From the IMG/VR virus record IMGVR_UViG_3300037486_000321, positions 6,139-70,138 of that record: 64,000 nt of DNA; one strand, 5' to 3'. Origin of the DNA: a virus. The position numbers and the translations under genes are program-made. Within the stretch, counting starts at the first letter, position 1. Every line of letters starts with the position of its first letter. This document shows positions 9,545 to 19,037 of the stretch, piece by piece. The notes under the pieces are model-generated. The model was not told where the DNA came from, searched no databases, and saw nothing but the letters and a program-made list of their open reading frames with translations.

Positions 9545-9952
9545 ATGGAACCCAATGATGTAGTAATTCGTTGGAAAGTTGTTTCCAGCCAAGCCTGGTA
9601 TTGGGGTAAGAAGATTATGAAGCCAGGGCAGATATTCTCCGCCCCTGAAAGTGCTATTCCAATTCAAAATCGGTTAGCGGTTATTCCTTTGGATACTATT
9701 CCTGATATTCCTGATACTTCAGAGAAGGAAATCCCTGCAACTATTCCTCCTCCAGAAGTGGATTTATCAGCTGATAGACCAGTTGTATATCGCATGAAAG
9801 AACGGGAGGATAAGGATATGGAAATGGATGCAGAAGGACATATTATCAATCATGGTTCTTACTATGATGTAATATCTTCTGAAGGAAAGGTTGTTAATGA
9901 ACAACCATTAACCAGAGAGCAGGCAAAGTTAATGATTAAAAAACTAAAGTGA
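9545..9952 (+). CDS. Hypothetical protein (paralog of the previous gene)
   Basis: 135 aa; same motifs, with a longer Pro/acidic linker. Confidence 0.7.
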   Translation: MEPNDVVIRWKVVSSQAWYWGKKIMKPGQIFSAPESAIPIQNRLAVIPLDTIPDIPDTSEKEIPATIPPPEVDLSADRPVVYRMKEREDKDMEMDAEGHIINHGSYYDVISSEGKVVNEQPLTREQAKLMIKKLK

Positions 9953-10677
9953 TGAACTGGGAGGTTCCACGTATATGGGAGGGAGGGGATGTTTGGATCC
10001 TTGGAGGAGGTCCATCGGTAACAAAGCAATTTGATATACCAGATGAACTTGTTCAAAATGTAATGAACGGAATTTCTTCTCCCTCAGTATACTCTCCTTA
10101 TATGGAAGCTATCCATAAGAAGCATGTCATTGCCATTAACGTTGCATACTTGATTGGAACTTGGATAGATATGGTTTTCTTTGGGGATAATAAGTTTTTC
10201 CTTCCCCACATGCATCAATTAGCAGCATGGCCAGGTTTGAAAGTATCTTGTCATGATGCGGCTAAAGGTTATGATTGGGTTAAGTTTCTTGGCAGAGATG
10301 GGAATCATCCAAAAGGAATAACCCCAAATCCGAATATGGTTGCTTGGAATGCCAATAGTGGATCGGCTGCAATTAGCGTAGCTGCCAATGCGGGAGCAAA
10401 AAGAATTATACTGTTGGGATTTGACATGACCTTAAATGGAAATGGAGAGAAACATTGGCATAAACTTTATGCGGGAGAACCTACATCAGTGAAACCTGCT
10501 GGAAGAAGGGGAGTGCCAAGAGATCCAAGAAAATCTCTTCCTTTCCATAAACATCTTATAGGATTCCCATATATTGCCCGTGATGCAAAGATTCGTGGGA
10601 TTGAAATAATTAATGCCAGTCCTGATAGTGCAATTAAAGAATTTCCAAAAATGACAGTAAAGGAGCTATTGCAATGA
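9949..10677 (+). CDS. Maf/DUF115-like (sialyltransferase-fold) glycosyltransferase
   Basis: ILGGGPS, IAIN, NSGSAAI..A...GAKRIILLGFDM and IINAS motifs. Confidence 0.7.
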   Translation: MMNWEVPRIWEGGDVWILGGGPSVTKQFDIPDELVQNVMNGISSPSVYSPYMEAIHKKHVIAINVAYLIGTWIDMVFFGDNKFFLPHMHQLAAWPGLKVSCHDAAKGYDWVKFLGRDGNHPKGITPNPNMVAWNANSGSAAISVAANAGAKRIILLGFDMTLNGNGEKHWHKLYAGEPTSVKPAGRRGVPRDPRKSLPFHKHLIGFPYIARDAKIRGIEIINASPDSAIKEFPKMTVKELLQ

Positions 10678-11330
10678 TGGTATTCATTATAAATTATAAT
10701 CGTTTATTGTTGCCAGTGAAAATGGCAAAGTGGTGTTACCTATTTGGATTGGAACCAGTGTTTATAGATAACAATTCTGATTATCCTCCATTATTGGAAT
10801 ATTATAAGAATTGTCCTTATAGGGTAGTCCACTTTAATCAAAATCATGGGCACATGGTATTATGGAATGGTAGTAATGATGTGCTTGATTTATTGGTAGG
10901 GAAGCATGCTCGTTATATTGTATCTGATCCTGATTTAAACTTAGAAGGTATTCCGGGAAACTTTCTTGATGTATTAAATGCAGGATTGGATAAGTTTCCA
11001 CATATTGACAAATGTGGATTCTCACTTGAGATAAATGATTTACCTAATACAGAAGAAGGAAATTATATCAGGACTCAAGTTGAACCAAGATATTGGAGAA
11101 AACGGTATGATAGTATGTATTATAACTCTCCAATAGATACCACTTTTGCTTTGTATCGGGAAGGAGTTCGTCATTATTCTCATACCGCAGTAAGAACAGA
11201 ACGTCCTTACACCGCAAAGCATGTACCTTGGTATTACTCAGATTTGAGTAAGTTACCGGAGGATGAACAATATTATTATCGTACAGCAAATATAAATAGT
11301 GCAACAGGAAAGAAAAGATTAGTGAAATGA
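10674..11330 (+). CDS. GT-A fold glycosyltransferase (GT2-like)
   Basis: FIINYNR, IDNNSDYPPL, SDPD (DxD), IDTTFALY and HVPWY motifs. Confidence 0.75.
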   Translation: MMVFIINYNRLLLPVKMAKWCYLFGLEPVFIDNNSDYPPLLEYYKNCPYRVVHFNQNHGHMVLWNGSNDVLDLLVGKHARYIVSDPDLNLEGIPGNFLDVLNAGLDKFPHIDKCGFSLEINDLPNTEEGNYIRTQVEPRYWRKRYDSMYYNSPIDTTFALYREGVRHYSHTAVRTERPYTAKHVPWYYSDLSKLPEDEQYYYRTANINSATGKKRLVK

Positions 11331-12091
11331 AAATTATAATCGTAATGACATATTATGAACGACAGTTCCAACTGACTAAGACTTTGGAATCTTTGAAAAA
11401 ATCAGAGCACAAAGATTTTGAAGTGATTGTTGTGGATGATGCCAGTTATGATAATATTGTTCATAATATAAAGGAATACCCGGTAACTGTAGTGAAGATG
11501 AAGAATAAGACATGGACTAATCCAGAACCAGCTTATAATATGGGATTACTACTGGCGATGGAATCTAATCCTGATATTATTATTGTGCAGAATGCAGAGT
11601 GTTATCATGTAGGAGATGTTATTTCCTATGCCAAAAAGGTAACTGATTCTACATATTTTTCATTTGGTTGTTTTAGTTTAGATCGGGAAAATACATTTAA
11701 AGAACATAATGTTTTTTACCTGGCTGATAAAAATAGGCGTAGAGCCAATTTTGATGGTGATCTTGCTTGGTATAATCACCCAGTGTACAGACCCAATGCC
11801 TTTGATTTTTGTATTGCCGTAACGGCAAAAAATATGAAGTTATTAAATGGGTACGATGAAAGATTTAGTGATGGACATGCTTATGGAGACAATAATCTTA
11901 TTGAAAGAGTGGGAGTACTTGGATTGCAAATCAAGATTCCTCTCGTTCCATTCGTAGTTCATCAATGGCATTATGTTCATGCCCATCCGGCAGATTATAT
12001 CAGATTGGAGGCAAAGAATAAACTTTTATTATTGGAAGCAAGGAAAGAAAATTCATATAGGGCAAAACATATTTACACAAAGGACTTATGA
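11327..12091 (+). CDS. Glycosyltransferase family 2
   Basis: VIVVDDAS, NGYDERF..G.AYGD and HQWH motifs. Confidence 0.85.
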   Translation: MKIIIVMTYYERQFQLTKTLESLKKSEHKDFEVIVVDDASYDNIVHNIKEYPVTVVKMKNKTWTNPEPAYNMGLLLAMESNPDIIIVQNAECYHVGDVISYAKKVTDSTYFSFGCFSLDRENTFKEHNVFYLADKNRRRANFDGDLAWYNHPVYRPNAFDFCIAVTAKNMKLLNGYDERFSDGHAYGDNNLIERVGVLGLQIKIPLVPFVVHQWHYVHAHPADYIRLEAKNKLLLLEARKENSYRAKHIYTKDL

Positions 12092-13200
12092 AAGTATTGC
12101 TTATAAATCCATGGCAGAGTGATGTGTTCCCTTCACCATCACTTGGGTATCTACAGGCTTCTTTGAAAGAAGCTGAGGTAGATGTCAAAGCCTGTGATTT
12201 AGATGAAGCAATGTTAGAAAAGGATGAATATGATCTGGTTGCAATTAGCTTTCATAGTTTCTCTGTTAGACATGCTATTACTTTAAGGAATAAATTTAAG
12301 AGCAGGATGATATGTGGAGGACATCATCCCTCAGCCCTTCCTGAGCAGATGTTATCCGTTGGATATGATCAGGTGGTAGTAGGAGAAGGGGAGAGGGCGA
12401 TCGTTGATGTAATCAAAGGAAATAAGGCTCAAATCATATATGGAGAAAGTAGTAATCTAAATGATATTCCTTTTCCAGATTATACGGGGCTTAGTACAAG
12501 ATTGGATTGGGGACTTCCAATAATTTCTTCCAGAGGTTGTCCATTTGATTGTACATTCTGTGCCTCGTCTAATTTTTGGCATAGGCAATGGAGGATGAGG
12601 TCAGCCGAGAATGTTTTGGATGAAATCATAGAGGGAGTGGTAAATAAGGGGTATAAAAATTTTATGTTTGAGGATGATAACTTTACAATGGGGAAGGATC
12701 GGGCAATTCAAATATGTAATGGACTTACAACTATTGGAGGATTATCTTGGCAATGTGCTAGTAGAGCAGAAACACTTGTTGATGATGAGTTATGTATTAA
12801 TTTAAAGAGGGCTGGATGTCATACAGTATGGCTTGGTGTGGAATCATTATCTCAGGATAGTCTGGATCGTTGTAGTAAAAGAACAACTGTGGAGAAAATG
12901 CTAACGGGCATTGGAACAGCTCGTTCACATGGATTGAGAACCTTATCTCAGTTTATTGTAGGATTGCCGGGAGATACTCGTAAGAATATTGAGGAAACAG
13001 TAAGAAATATAAGAACATATAGAATTGGTAATAGAGGGTCAAATATACTATGGATTCTTCCCAATACTGAAGCCCATAAAAAAGCTAAGGAGAAAGGATT
13101 TGATGATTCAACATATCTCAATGATGGTAATTTATTTTACACTTTTGAACAAGATATAAAAACATTACAACTTTGGGCACATTTAATAAATGCAGCATGA
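12088..13200 (+). CDS. Cobalamin-binding (class B) radical SAM enzyme, likely methyltransferase
   Basis: N-terminal B12-binding domain (PSLGYL, GGHHPS, VVGEGE) plus SRGCPFDCTFC, FEDDNF and GVES. Confidence 0.9.
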   Translation: MKVLLINPWQSDVFPSPSLGYLQASLKEAEVDVKACDLDEAMLEKDEYDLVAISFHSFSVRHAITLRNKFKSRMICGGHHPSALPEQMLSVGYDQVVVGEGERAIVDVIKGNKAQIIYGESSNLNDIPFPDYTGLSTRLDWGLPIISSRGCPFDCTFCASSNFWHRQWRMRSAENVLDEIIEGVVNKGYKNFMFEDDNFTMGKDRAIQICNGLTTIGGLSWQCASRAETLVDDELCINLKRAGCHTVWLGVESLSQDSLDRCSKRTTVEKMLTGIGTARSHGLRTLSQFIVGLPGDTRKNIEETVRNIRTYRIGNRGSNILWILPNTEAHKKAKEKGFDDSTYLNDGNLFYTFEQDIKTLQLWAHLINAA

Positions 13201-14090
13201 AAATATTAGTAACTGGTAGTGAAGGAAATATTGGAAAGGTACTTGTCCCTTACCTCAAGAGCAATGGGCATGTAGTATTCTGTATAGATATTCAACAGAA
13301 GTTTGAAGATGGATACCGAACTGTTGATATCAATAATGGAGCAGATATTATTAATGCCTTTTATGAATTTCGTCCTGATGTGGTATTTCACATGGCTGCT
13401 ATGGTTAGCAGAGTTACTTGTGAACATTCCCCTGTTACTACGATTAAGACAAATGTTTGTGGTACGGAGAATGTAATTCAATTGTGTAAGCAGGTGGATG
13501 CCAAACTTATTTTCTTTTCCACATCAGAGGTATATGGTAATATTGGGGGCAACCTTTCGGAAGCTCGTACTGATCTTAAACCAAACAATATTTATGGGCT
13601 AAGTAAATTGATGTCAGAACAGTTGGTAACATATGAAGTAGCTAATGGATTAAAGGCAATCATTGTTCGTCCATTCATGTTTTATCATGAGGATGAGACC
13701 TTTGGAAATCATCGTTCAGCAATAATACGATTTGTTGTTTCTCTGCTTAAACATCAGAAAATAACAGTTCATAATAGGAGTTACCGCTCTTGGATGCACC
13801 TTGATGATGCGGTAGTAGTCCTTGAAAAGTTATGTTATGTGGATCAATTTGTAACTATTAATGTTGGGAATCCTGAGTTACATTTAATGGAGGTTGTGGC
13901 ACATAAGATTTGCAGTAAAGTTGATCGTATATATGCTGATTATGTTATTGAAGAGGAGTTGCCAGAGAAGATGACTTTGACGAAAGTGGCAAATTTTACT
14001 TTACAAAAATTATTGACTGGATATGAGTGTGTGATATCACTGGATGAGGGAATTGATCGGGTAATTGAAAAGGTTAAGAAAAGATTATGA
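13197..14090 (+). CDS. NAD-dependent nucleotide-sugar epimerase/dehydratase
   Basis: ILVTGSEGNIG Rossmann motif, STSEVYG and YGLSK. Start at the ATGA overlap, 13197. Confidence 0.9.
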   Translation: MKILVTGSEGNIGKVLVPYLKSNGHVVFCIDIQQKFEDGYRTVDINNGADIINAFYEFRPDVVFHMAAMVSRVTCEHSPVTTIKTNVCGTENVIQLCKQVDAKLIFFSTSEVYGNIGGNLSEARTDLKPNNIYGLSKLMSEQLVTYEVANGLKAIIVRPFMFYHEDETFGNHRSAIIRFVVSLLKHQKITVHNRSYRSWMHLDDAVVVLEKLCYVDQFVTINVGNPELHLMEVVAHKICSKVDRIYADYVIEEELPEKMTLTKVANFTLQKLLTGYECVISLDEGIDRVIEKVKKRL

Positions 14091-14794
14091 ATATTGCTAT
14101 TATTACACCCACAGGAGGTCGTCCAAAGCAAATTCAGCTTTGTGCTGAGTTTATGCATAGGCAGGACTATGAAGGGAAAGTATTATGGGTAATTGTGGAT
14201 GATGTCTTACCAGTTACGACTAAATTTATTTCCAATGAGTTTCGTGATAATTGGAAGGTATTAAAAATTTACCCACAAAAGAAGTGGATGCCCGGATTAA
14301 ATACTCAGGCAAGTAATTTATTAAAAGGTATTGATATTATTGCGTTTTTTGAAGTTGATTATGTTTTTATAATTGAGGATGATGATTATTATTCTCCACA
14401 ATATTTGAGCGTAATGATGGAGAAGTTAAAAGGATGTGATGTAGCAGGACAAATGTACACAATCTATTATGATGTTGTAAATAGGGGATGGATGAGGAAT
14501 GGAAATGTTGGACACGCTAGTCTTTTCCAAGTAGCTTTTAGGTTAAGTGTGCTTGATACTTTCAAAGCTATCTGTACACAAAAAAATAAGTTTATTGATA
14601 TGAGTTTCTTTAGAGCAATAAATCATAGAAAGGTTAATCTGTTTGATGGGCAGGATTTGGCAATAGGTATTAAAGGACTTCCGGGTAGGGCTGGAATAGG
14701 AATGGGGCATAGGATGGATGTTAAGATGACCAGTGATGTAAATTTTGAGAAATTGAAAGAATTAATTGGTGAAGATTATAAATATTACGAATGA
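14087..14794 (+). CDS. GT-A fold glycosyltransferase
   Basis: IITPTGGRP, WVIVDD, IEDDDYY and GIKGLPGRAGIG motifs. Confidence 0.75.
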   Translation: MNIAIITPTGGRPKQIQLCAEFMHRQDYEGKVLWVIVDDVLPVTTKFISNEFRDNWKVLKIYPQKKWMPGLNTQASNLLKGIDIIAFFEVDYVFIIEDDDYYSPQYLSVMMEKLKGCDVAGQMYTIYYDVVNRGWMRNGNVGHASLFQVAFRLSVLDTFKAICTQKNKFIDMSFFRAINHRKVNLFDGQDLAIGIKGLPGRAGIGMGHRMDVKMTSDVNFEKLKELIGEDYKYYE

Positions 14795-15456
14795 ACCAAC
14801 CAATATTCATAACAGGGGTAGAGCGATCAGGTAGTTCCATGATAGCGAAGATATTTGATATCTGTGGAGTACACAAGGGAACAGTATCAACAATGTATGA
14901 GAATTTTGGAATGAACTTATTGATGGATGGATTTCTCAGTTCTAAGGTTGGTTTATTTCCTGATATAAAAGGATTAAGTATTCCTATGGATTGGAATGCT
15001 AAAGTGTTGGAAATACTGGATCGGGAAGGATACAAGGATGGTTCGTGGATGTGTAAAAGTCCTAAACTGGGGCAAATGTGGCCAGTGTGGAATTATGCCT
15101 TTCCTAATGCCCGTTGGATTATTGTAAGAAGGAGAACGGGAGATATCATTGAGTCTTGTATAAAAACTGGATATATGACAATGTTTAAGGATACAAATAA
15201 TTTAAAGCGGGTAGGAGCAGGGGATGAAGTAGAAGGGTGGAAATGGTGGGTTCATCAATATGAAAAACGATTTGTCACAATGATTGAAGCAGGAGTTAAT
15301 TGTCGGATAGTGTGGCCAGAGAGAATGGTATGTGGTGATTATCAACAGATATATGAAACTCTGGAATGGTTAGGTTTGGAATGGAATAGTAAAATAGTAG
15401 AAACAATAGATCCAATGTTAATAAAAAGTAGGAGGAAAACAAAATGGCATGTTTAA
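14791..15456 (+). CDS. Sulfotransferase-family (P-loop) protein
   Basis: IFITGVERSGSS PAPS-binding-like loop; KSP..W...FPNARWIIVRR. Confidence 0.7.
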   Translation: MNQPIFITGVERSGSSMIAKIFDICGVHKGTVSTMYENFGMNLLMDGFLSSKVGLFPDIKGLSIPMDWNAKVLEILDREGYKDGSWMCKSPKLGQMWPVWNYAFPNARWIIVRRRTGDIIESCIKTGYMTMFKDTNNLKRVGAGDEVEGWKWWVHQYEKRFVTMIEAGVNCRIVWPERMVCGDYQQIYETLEWLGLEWNSKIVETIDPMLIKSRRKTKWHV

Positions 15457-15848
15457 CAACGGCAGAAGAAGTTTTGGAAATAATGAAAGGGTGTACTCTG
15501 ACAGATGCTCAAATACATCCATTCATTAATGCAGCTCACCTTCTTATGAATCGAGTATTTGAATATGATACTACTACTACGACTGATCAGAAAGCAGAAC
15601 TTGAAAAGTGGTTAACTGCTCATATGATATTTTCTATTTATGGCTCGGGTGGTAGTATTGGTGGTAGTGGAGCTGTGAAACGTGAGAAAGTGGGAGATGC
15701 AGAAATAGAGTATGCAACCACAACCTTTGGCAAAGGACTTGATTCATCTCCATATGGGGTGATGTTAAAGGTATTGGATACTACCGGATTATTAGCAAAT
15801 GCGGGTAAGAGGGCAGCAAGTATTTATGCAGTTAAAAGTTTTGAATAA
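15444..15848 (+). CDS. Head-tail adaptor
   Basis: EKWLTAH, EKVGDAEIEY and SPYG motifs; synteny. Confidence 0.7.
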   Translation: MACLTTAEEVLEIMKGCTLTDAQIHPFINAAHLLMNRVFEYDTTTTTDQKAELEKWLTAHMIFSIYGSGGSIGGSGAVKREKVGDAEIEYATTTFGKGLDSSPYGVMLKVLDTTGLLANAGKRAASIYAVKSFE

Positions 15849-16240
15849 TGGGAATAGCAGCACTTATAGCAAGTAAATGTGTTCAGACCTGTGTCTATTG
15901 GGGTTCCCCAGTAGAAGATGGGTTTGGGAGTAAAACTTTTGCTGCTCCAATAGAGATACCATGCCGTTGGGAAGACAAAGATCAGGTAATGGGAACTCAG
16001 GTTGGAGGAGAAGTTACTGGAGGAATATCATTATCCCGATCAGTAGTCTTTGTTACTCAGGATTTGGATGAGCAGGGTTATTTGTATTTGGGTGTGTTGG
16101 CTGATCTTACTGCGGGGGAGATTACTAACCCAAAGTTAAAGGAGACAGCTTATATCATTAAACGGTTTGAGAAGACACCTGCTTTGGGTTCAACAACTGA
16201 ATTTTTACGTAAGGCATTTTTAACACCATTTTTAAGATAA
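15848..16240 (+). CDS. Head closure / neck protein
   Basis: 130 aa; DGFG...F.APIEIPCRWE pattern; synteny. Confidence 0.6.
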   Translation: MGIAALIASKCVQTCVYWGSPVEDGFGSKTFAAPIEIPCRWEDKDQVMGTQVGGEVTGGISLSRSVVFVTQDLDEQGYLYLGVLADLTAGEITNPKLKETAYIIKRFEKTPALGSTTEFLRKAFLTPFLR

Positions 16241-16245
16241 AGCAA

Positions 16246-16809
16246 ATGGCATCCGCAAGATTATTAAGTAGTGCAAGATATTATGCAAAGAGATACCCTA
16301 ATACTCATATGAGGGGATTTGAACAGGTTATGAATAATCTTAATGCGGCTATTAAGAGAATGCATTATAAATCTGAGAGGGGGGCTATCAATGCGGTAGC
16401 ATATATACGTAATGATACAGAGAAGACACCATATATCACTCCTCTTGATTTTGGTAATTTACGGGCAAGTTGGTTTGCCGTATCTAATAAAGGAACTGTT
16501 CCAGATCCAATAGGAAAGAGTGGTCATTTTAAGGATAATAAGGTAAGGAGATTTACAGCAGGACAATTTAAGTCTTGGCATGAGGAGGCAATTACTGAAG
16601 CAAAGGCATTAGCTGGAATGGATCCAAATAAGAGTAATGTGATATTTGGATATAGTGCTATTTATGCTATGTGGGTTCATGAAATGTTGGGGAAGGAATT
16701 TAAACGACCTGAGTCTGGACCAAAATGGTTTGAAGAATCAATGAATCGTAATCAAAAAAAGATAATTCAGATAATTAGGGAAACATCAAAAATACCAGGA
16801 ACAAGATGA
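16246..16809 (+). CDS. Neck/tail completion protein (HK97 gp10-like)
   Basis: PLDFGNLRAS, YAMWVHE and PKWFE motifs. Confidence 0.7.
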   Translation: MASARLLSSARYYAKRYPNTHMRGFEQVMNNLNAAIKRMHYKSERGAINAVAYIRNDTEKTPYITPLDFGNLRASWFAVSNKGTVPDPIGKSGHFKDNKVRRFTAGQFKSWHEEAITEAKALAGMDPNKSNVIFGYSAIYAMWVHEMLGKEFKRPESGPKWFEESMNRNQKKIIQIIRETSKIPGTR

Positions 16810-17207
16810 ATGCACCATCAGTAGATATACGGGATATGTTAGAGGCAGAGAGTTCACTGAATCTGACGTTTGGTGAAAATCTATTTATAGGTAAAGATCC
16901 AACAACTCCTCAGAACATGGTTACCATATTTGATACTTATGGGCGTCCTCCATCACTTACTTTGGGTGGACAATCTGAAGGTAGTTACTATTATCCATCC
17001 GTTCAGATAAGAGTTCGTAATGTTTCTTATCTAACAGGATGGAATTTAATACAAGACATAATGACATCACTACATGGCCGGGCACACGAAACATGGGGTG
17101 GTACATTATATACTGTTATTTACTGTTCCAGTGGCCCAGCGTTACTGGATTGGGATGATAATGGGCTAGTTCGTTTTATTATAAATTTTAATTTACAACG
17201 GCGATGA
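16806..17207 (+). CDS. Tail terminator ('minor capsid' family)
   Basis: YPSVQIRVR...D.N...RF..NF motif; lies before the tail tube. Confidence 0.7.
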   Translation: MNAPSVDIRDMLEAESSLNLTFGENLFIGKDPTTPQNMVTIFDTYGRPPSLTLGGQSEGSYYYPSVQIRVRNVSYLTGWNLIQDIMTSLHGRAHETWGGTLYTVIYCSSGPALLDWDDNGLVRFIINFNLQRR

Positions 17208-17764
17208 AATCTGGAGTTTATAGAATAGTTAATGTTGTAAATGGAAAACTTTATGTAGGAAGTTCTACTGATGTTAAGTACAGGCTTTGGAGACATCAAC
17301 ATGAATTGCTTTGTAATAAGCATGAAAATAGGTATCTTCAGAATGCTTGGAATAAATATGGAGAACTTTCCTTTAGTTTTGAGATTCTTTTCTATTGTAA
17401 ACGAGAGTGGTTACTTCAGCGTGAACAGGAAATGATTGATTATTATCAGTCAGCTAATGGTAAGGGATATAACCTATGTTCTGTTGCAGGTAATTGTTTA
17501 GGCATTAAACGCTCTCAAAAAACAAAAGAGAAGATGAAAGGAAACACTAATGGAAAAGGGAATAAGGGAAGAGTTATGTCACAGGAAGCAAAAGATAAAA
17601 TGTCTCTTGCCAAAGTGGGTAAATCTTCAGGTATGAAAGGGAAACATCATACTGATCATGCTAAAAAACTGATGACCTTAGCCAAGGAAGGAAAGATAAG
17701 TCCAAAAAAGGGAAAGACTTACAAAAAACGAACTGGAGAATTTCGTGTTTTTAATTTAAACTAA
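17204..17764 (+). mobile_element. Free-standing GIY-YIG homing endonuclease with NUMOD3 repeats
   Basis: SGVYRIVN...YVGSS..V..R...H, N..LQNAWNKYG and GYN, followed by repeated basic NUMOD3-like helices. Confidence 0.9.
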
Positions 17765-17779
17765 AAAGGAGGTAAAACT

Positions 17780-18208
17780 ATGAGTAATGCGATTGCTGGT
17801 GTTGGAACAAAATTTTATCGGTGGAGTGGCTCTACATGGGCCGCTCTGGCCGAGATTAATTCCATCACTGGACCAAGTATGACCAGGGACTTCATCGACG
17901 TCACGTCGTTGGATTCCACTGGTGGATTCCGGGAGTTTATTACCGGTTTCCGTGATGCAGGTACGGTATCTCTTGCGATGAACTTCACTCATGAAACTTT
18001 TGCGATAGTGAAGGCTGATTTCGAGAGTGATGCTGCTAAGAGCTATATGATTTGCCTACCGGATGAAGAGGTCACAAGTTTGGAATTTTTGGGTCTTATT
18101 ACAGAGATACCATTGACAATTCCAACTGATGATAAAATCACTGCTGATGTAACAATCAAGATCAGTGGTACAGTTGACCTTACATCAGGTACAGGATCAC
18201 ATGGTTAA
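17780..18208 (+). CDS. Major tail tube protein
   Basis: IDVTSLDSTGGFREFITGFRDAGTVS motif (TP901-1/lambda-like tube); strong RBS. Confidence 0.9.
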   Translation: MSNAIAGVGTKFYRWSGSTWAALAEINSITGPSMTRDFIDVTSLDSTGGFREFITGFRDAGTVSLAMNFTHETFAIVKADFESDAAKSYMICLPDEEVTSLEFLGLITEIPLTIPTDDKITADVTIKISGTVDLTSGTGSHG

Positions 18209-18219
18209 TAAGTGATATC

Positions 18220-18246
18220 AAATTCCTAATCAAGGATTTTTTCTTT
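18220..18246 (+). terminator. Hairpin with AATCA loop plus T-tract after the tail tube gene
   Basis: AAATTCCT-AATCA-AGGATTTT followed by TTCTTT. Confidence 0.5.
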
Positions 18247-18270
18247 AATTTTATTAATAATCAAAAACAA

Positions 18271-18699
18271 ATGGAAAAGATTTTAAACAGGGAAAACCTT
18301 TTAACAAAGGAACCACTTGAGATCGTGAAAGTTGATCTCGGCAAGGACGAATATGTATTTGTTCGTCAGATGACAGGACGTGAAAGAGATAAATTTGAAC
18401 AATCTCTTATCAAACGCACTCGTGACAATAAAGGTAAGGTTACTGGTTATGAACAGGCACTGGATGATTTCAGAGCCAAATTAGCGGTAAATTCAGTGTG
18501 TGATGAGCAGGGAAATTTGCTTCTGCAATCTGGTGATTATCCTCAACTGAGCCAAATGATGAGTGCAGCGAGACTGGAGAAGATTGTAAATGAATCTCAG
18601 AAACTCAATGCAATAACTGAAGAAGATAAGGAGGAACTCATAAAAAACTCCGAAGTCGCCCTTGGCGACAATTCCTCTTCCGACTCTGTAGAGAGTTAG
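18271..18699 (+). CDS. Tail assembly chaperone (gpG-like)
   Basis: VFVRQMTGRERDKFE and FRAKL..CDEQGNLL motifs; lies between tube and tape measure. Confidence 0.85.
   Translation: MEKILNRENLLTKEPLEIVKVDLGKDEYVFVRQMTGRERDKFEQSLIKRTRDNKGKVTGYEQALDDFRAKLAVNSVCDEQGNLLLQSGDYPQLSQMMSAARLEKIVNESQKLNAITEEDKEELIKNSEVALGDNSSSDSVES
18642..18648 (+). promoter_or_regulatory. -1 programmed ribosomal frameshift site A AAA AAC
   Basis: In-frame slippery heptamer; the -1 frame is open from here through 19037. Confidence 0.85.
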
Positions 18700-19037
18700 G
18701 TGTAATCCATCCTGATTACCTATTGGATCATCTGACATTAGAGCAGATACAAGAATGGGAGGCGTATGATAAGATAGATCCAATAGGGAAATGGAGGGAT
18801 GAACTTGGTTGGGCTTCATTGGAAGCTCAGTTTACAAACTTAATGACTTGGGCACATGCCAAGAGAGGTACAAAACATACGGCGAAAGATTTTATGCCTG
18901 ATTGGGAGCATGATGAATCAAAAGTAATGGAAATTCAATCAGTTGATGATATGAAAAAGGCACTTAAAGATATAGCAAAGGCACAGAATAAAAAGGGATA
19001 TGTTCCTACAAAACCACCTAAAAAAGAAATAAAATGA
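18648..19037 (+). CDS. Frameshift-extended tail chaperone C-terminal part (gpGT-like)
   Basis: -1 frame reads LRSRPWRQFLFRLCRELGVIHPDYLLDHLTLEQIQEWEAY..., continuous with ORF 18723-19037. Confidence 0.8.
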   Translation, partial: LRSRPWRQFLFRLCRELGVIHPDYLLDHLTLEQIQEWEAYDKIDPIGKWRDELGWASLEAQFTNLMTWAHAKRGTKHTAKDFMPDWEHDESKVMEIQSVDDMKKALKDIAKAQNKKGYVPTKPPKKEIK

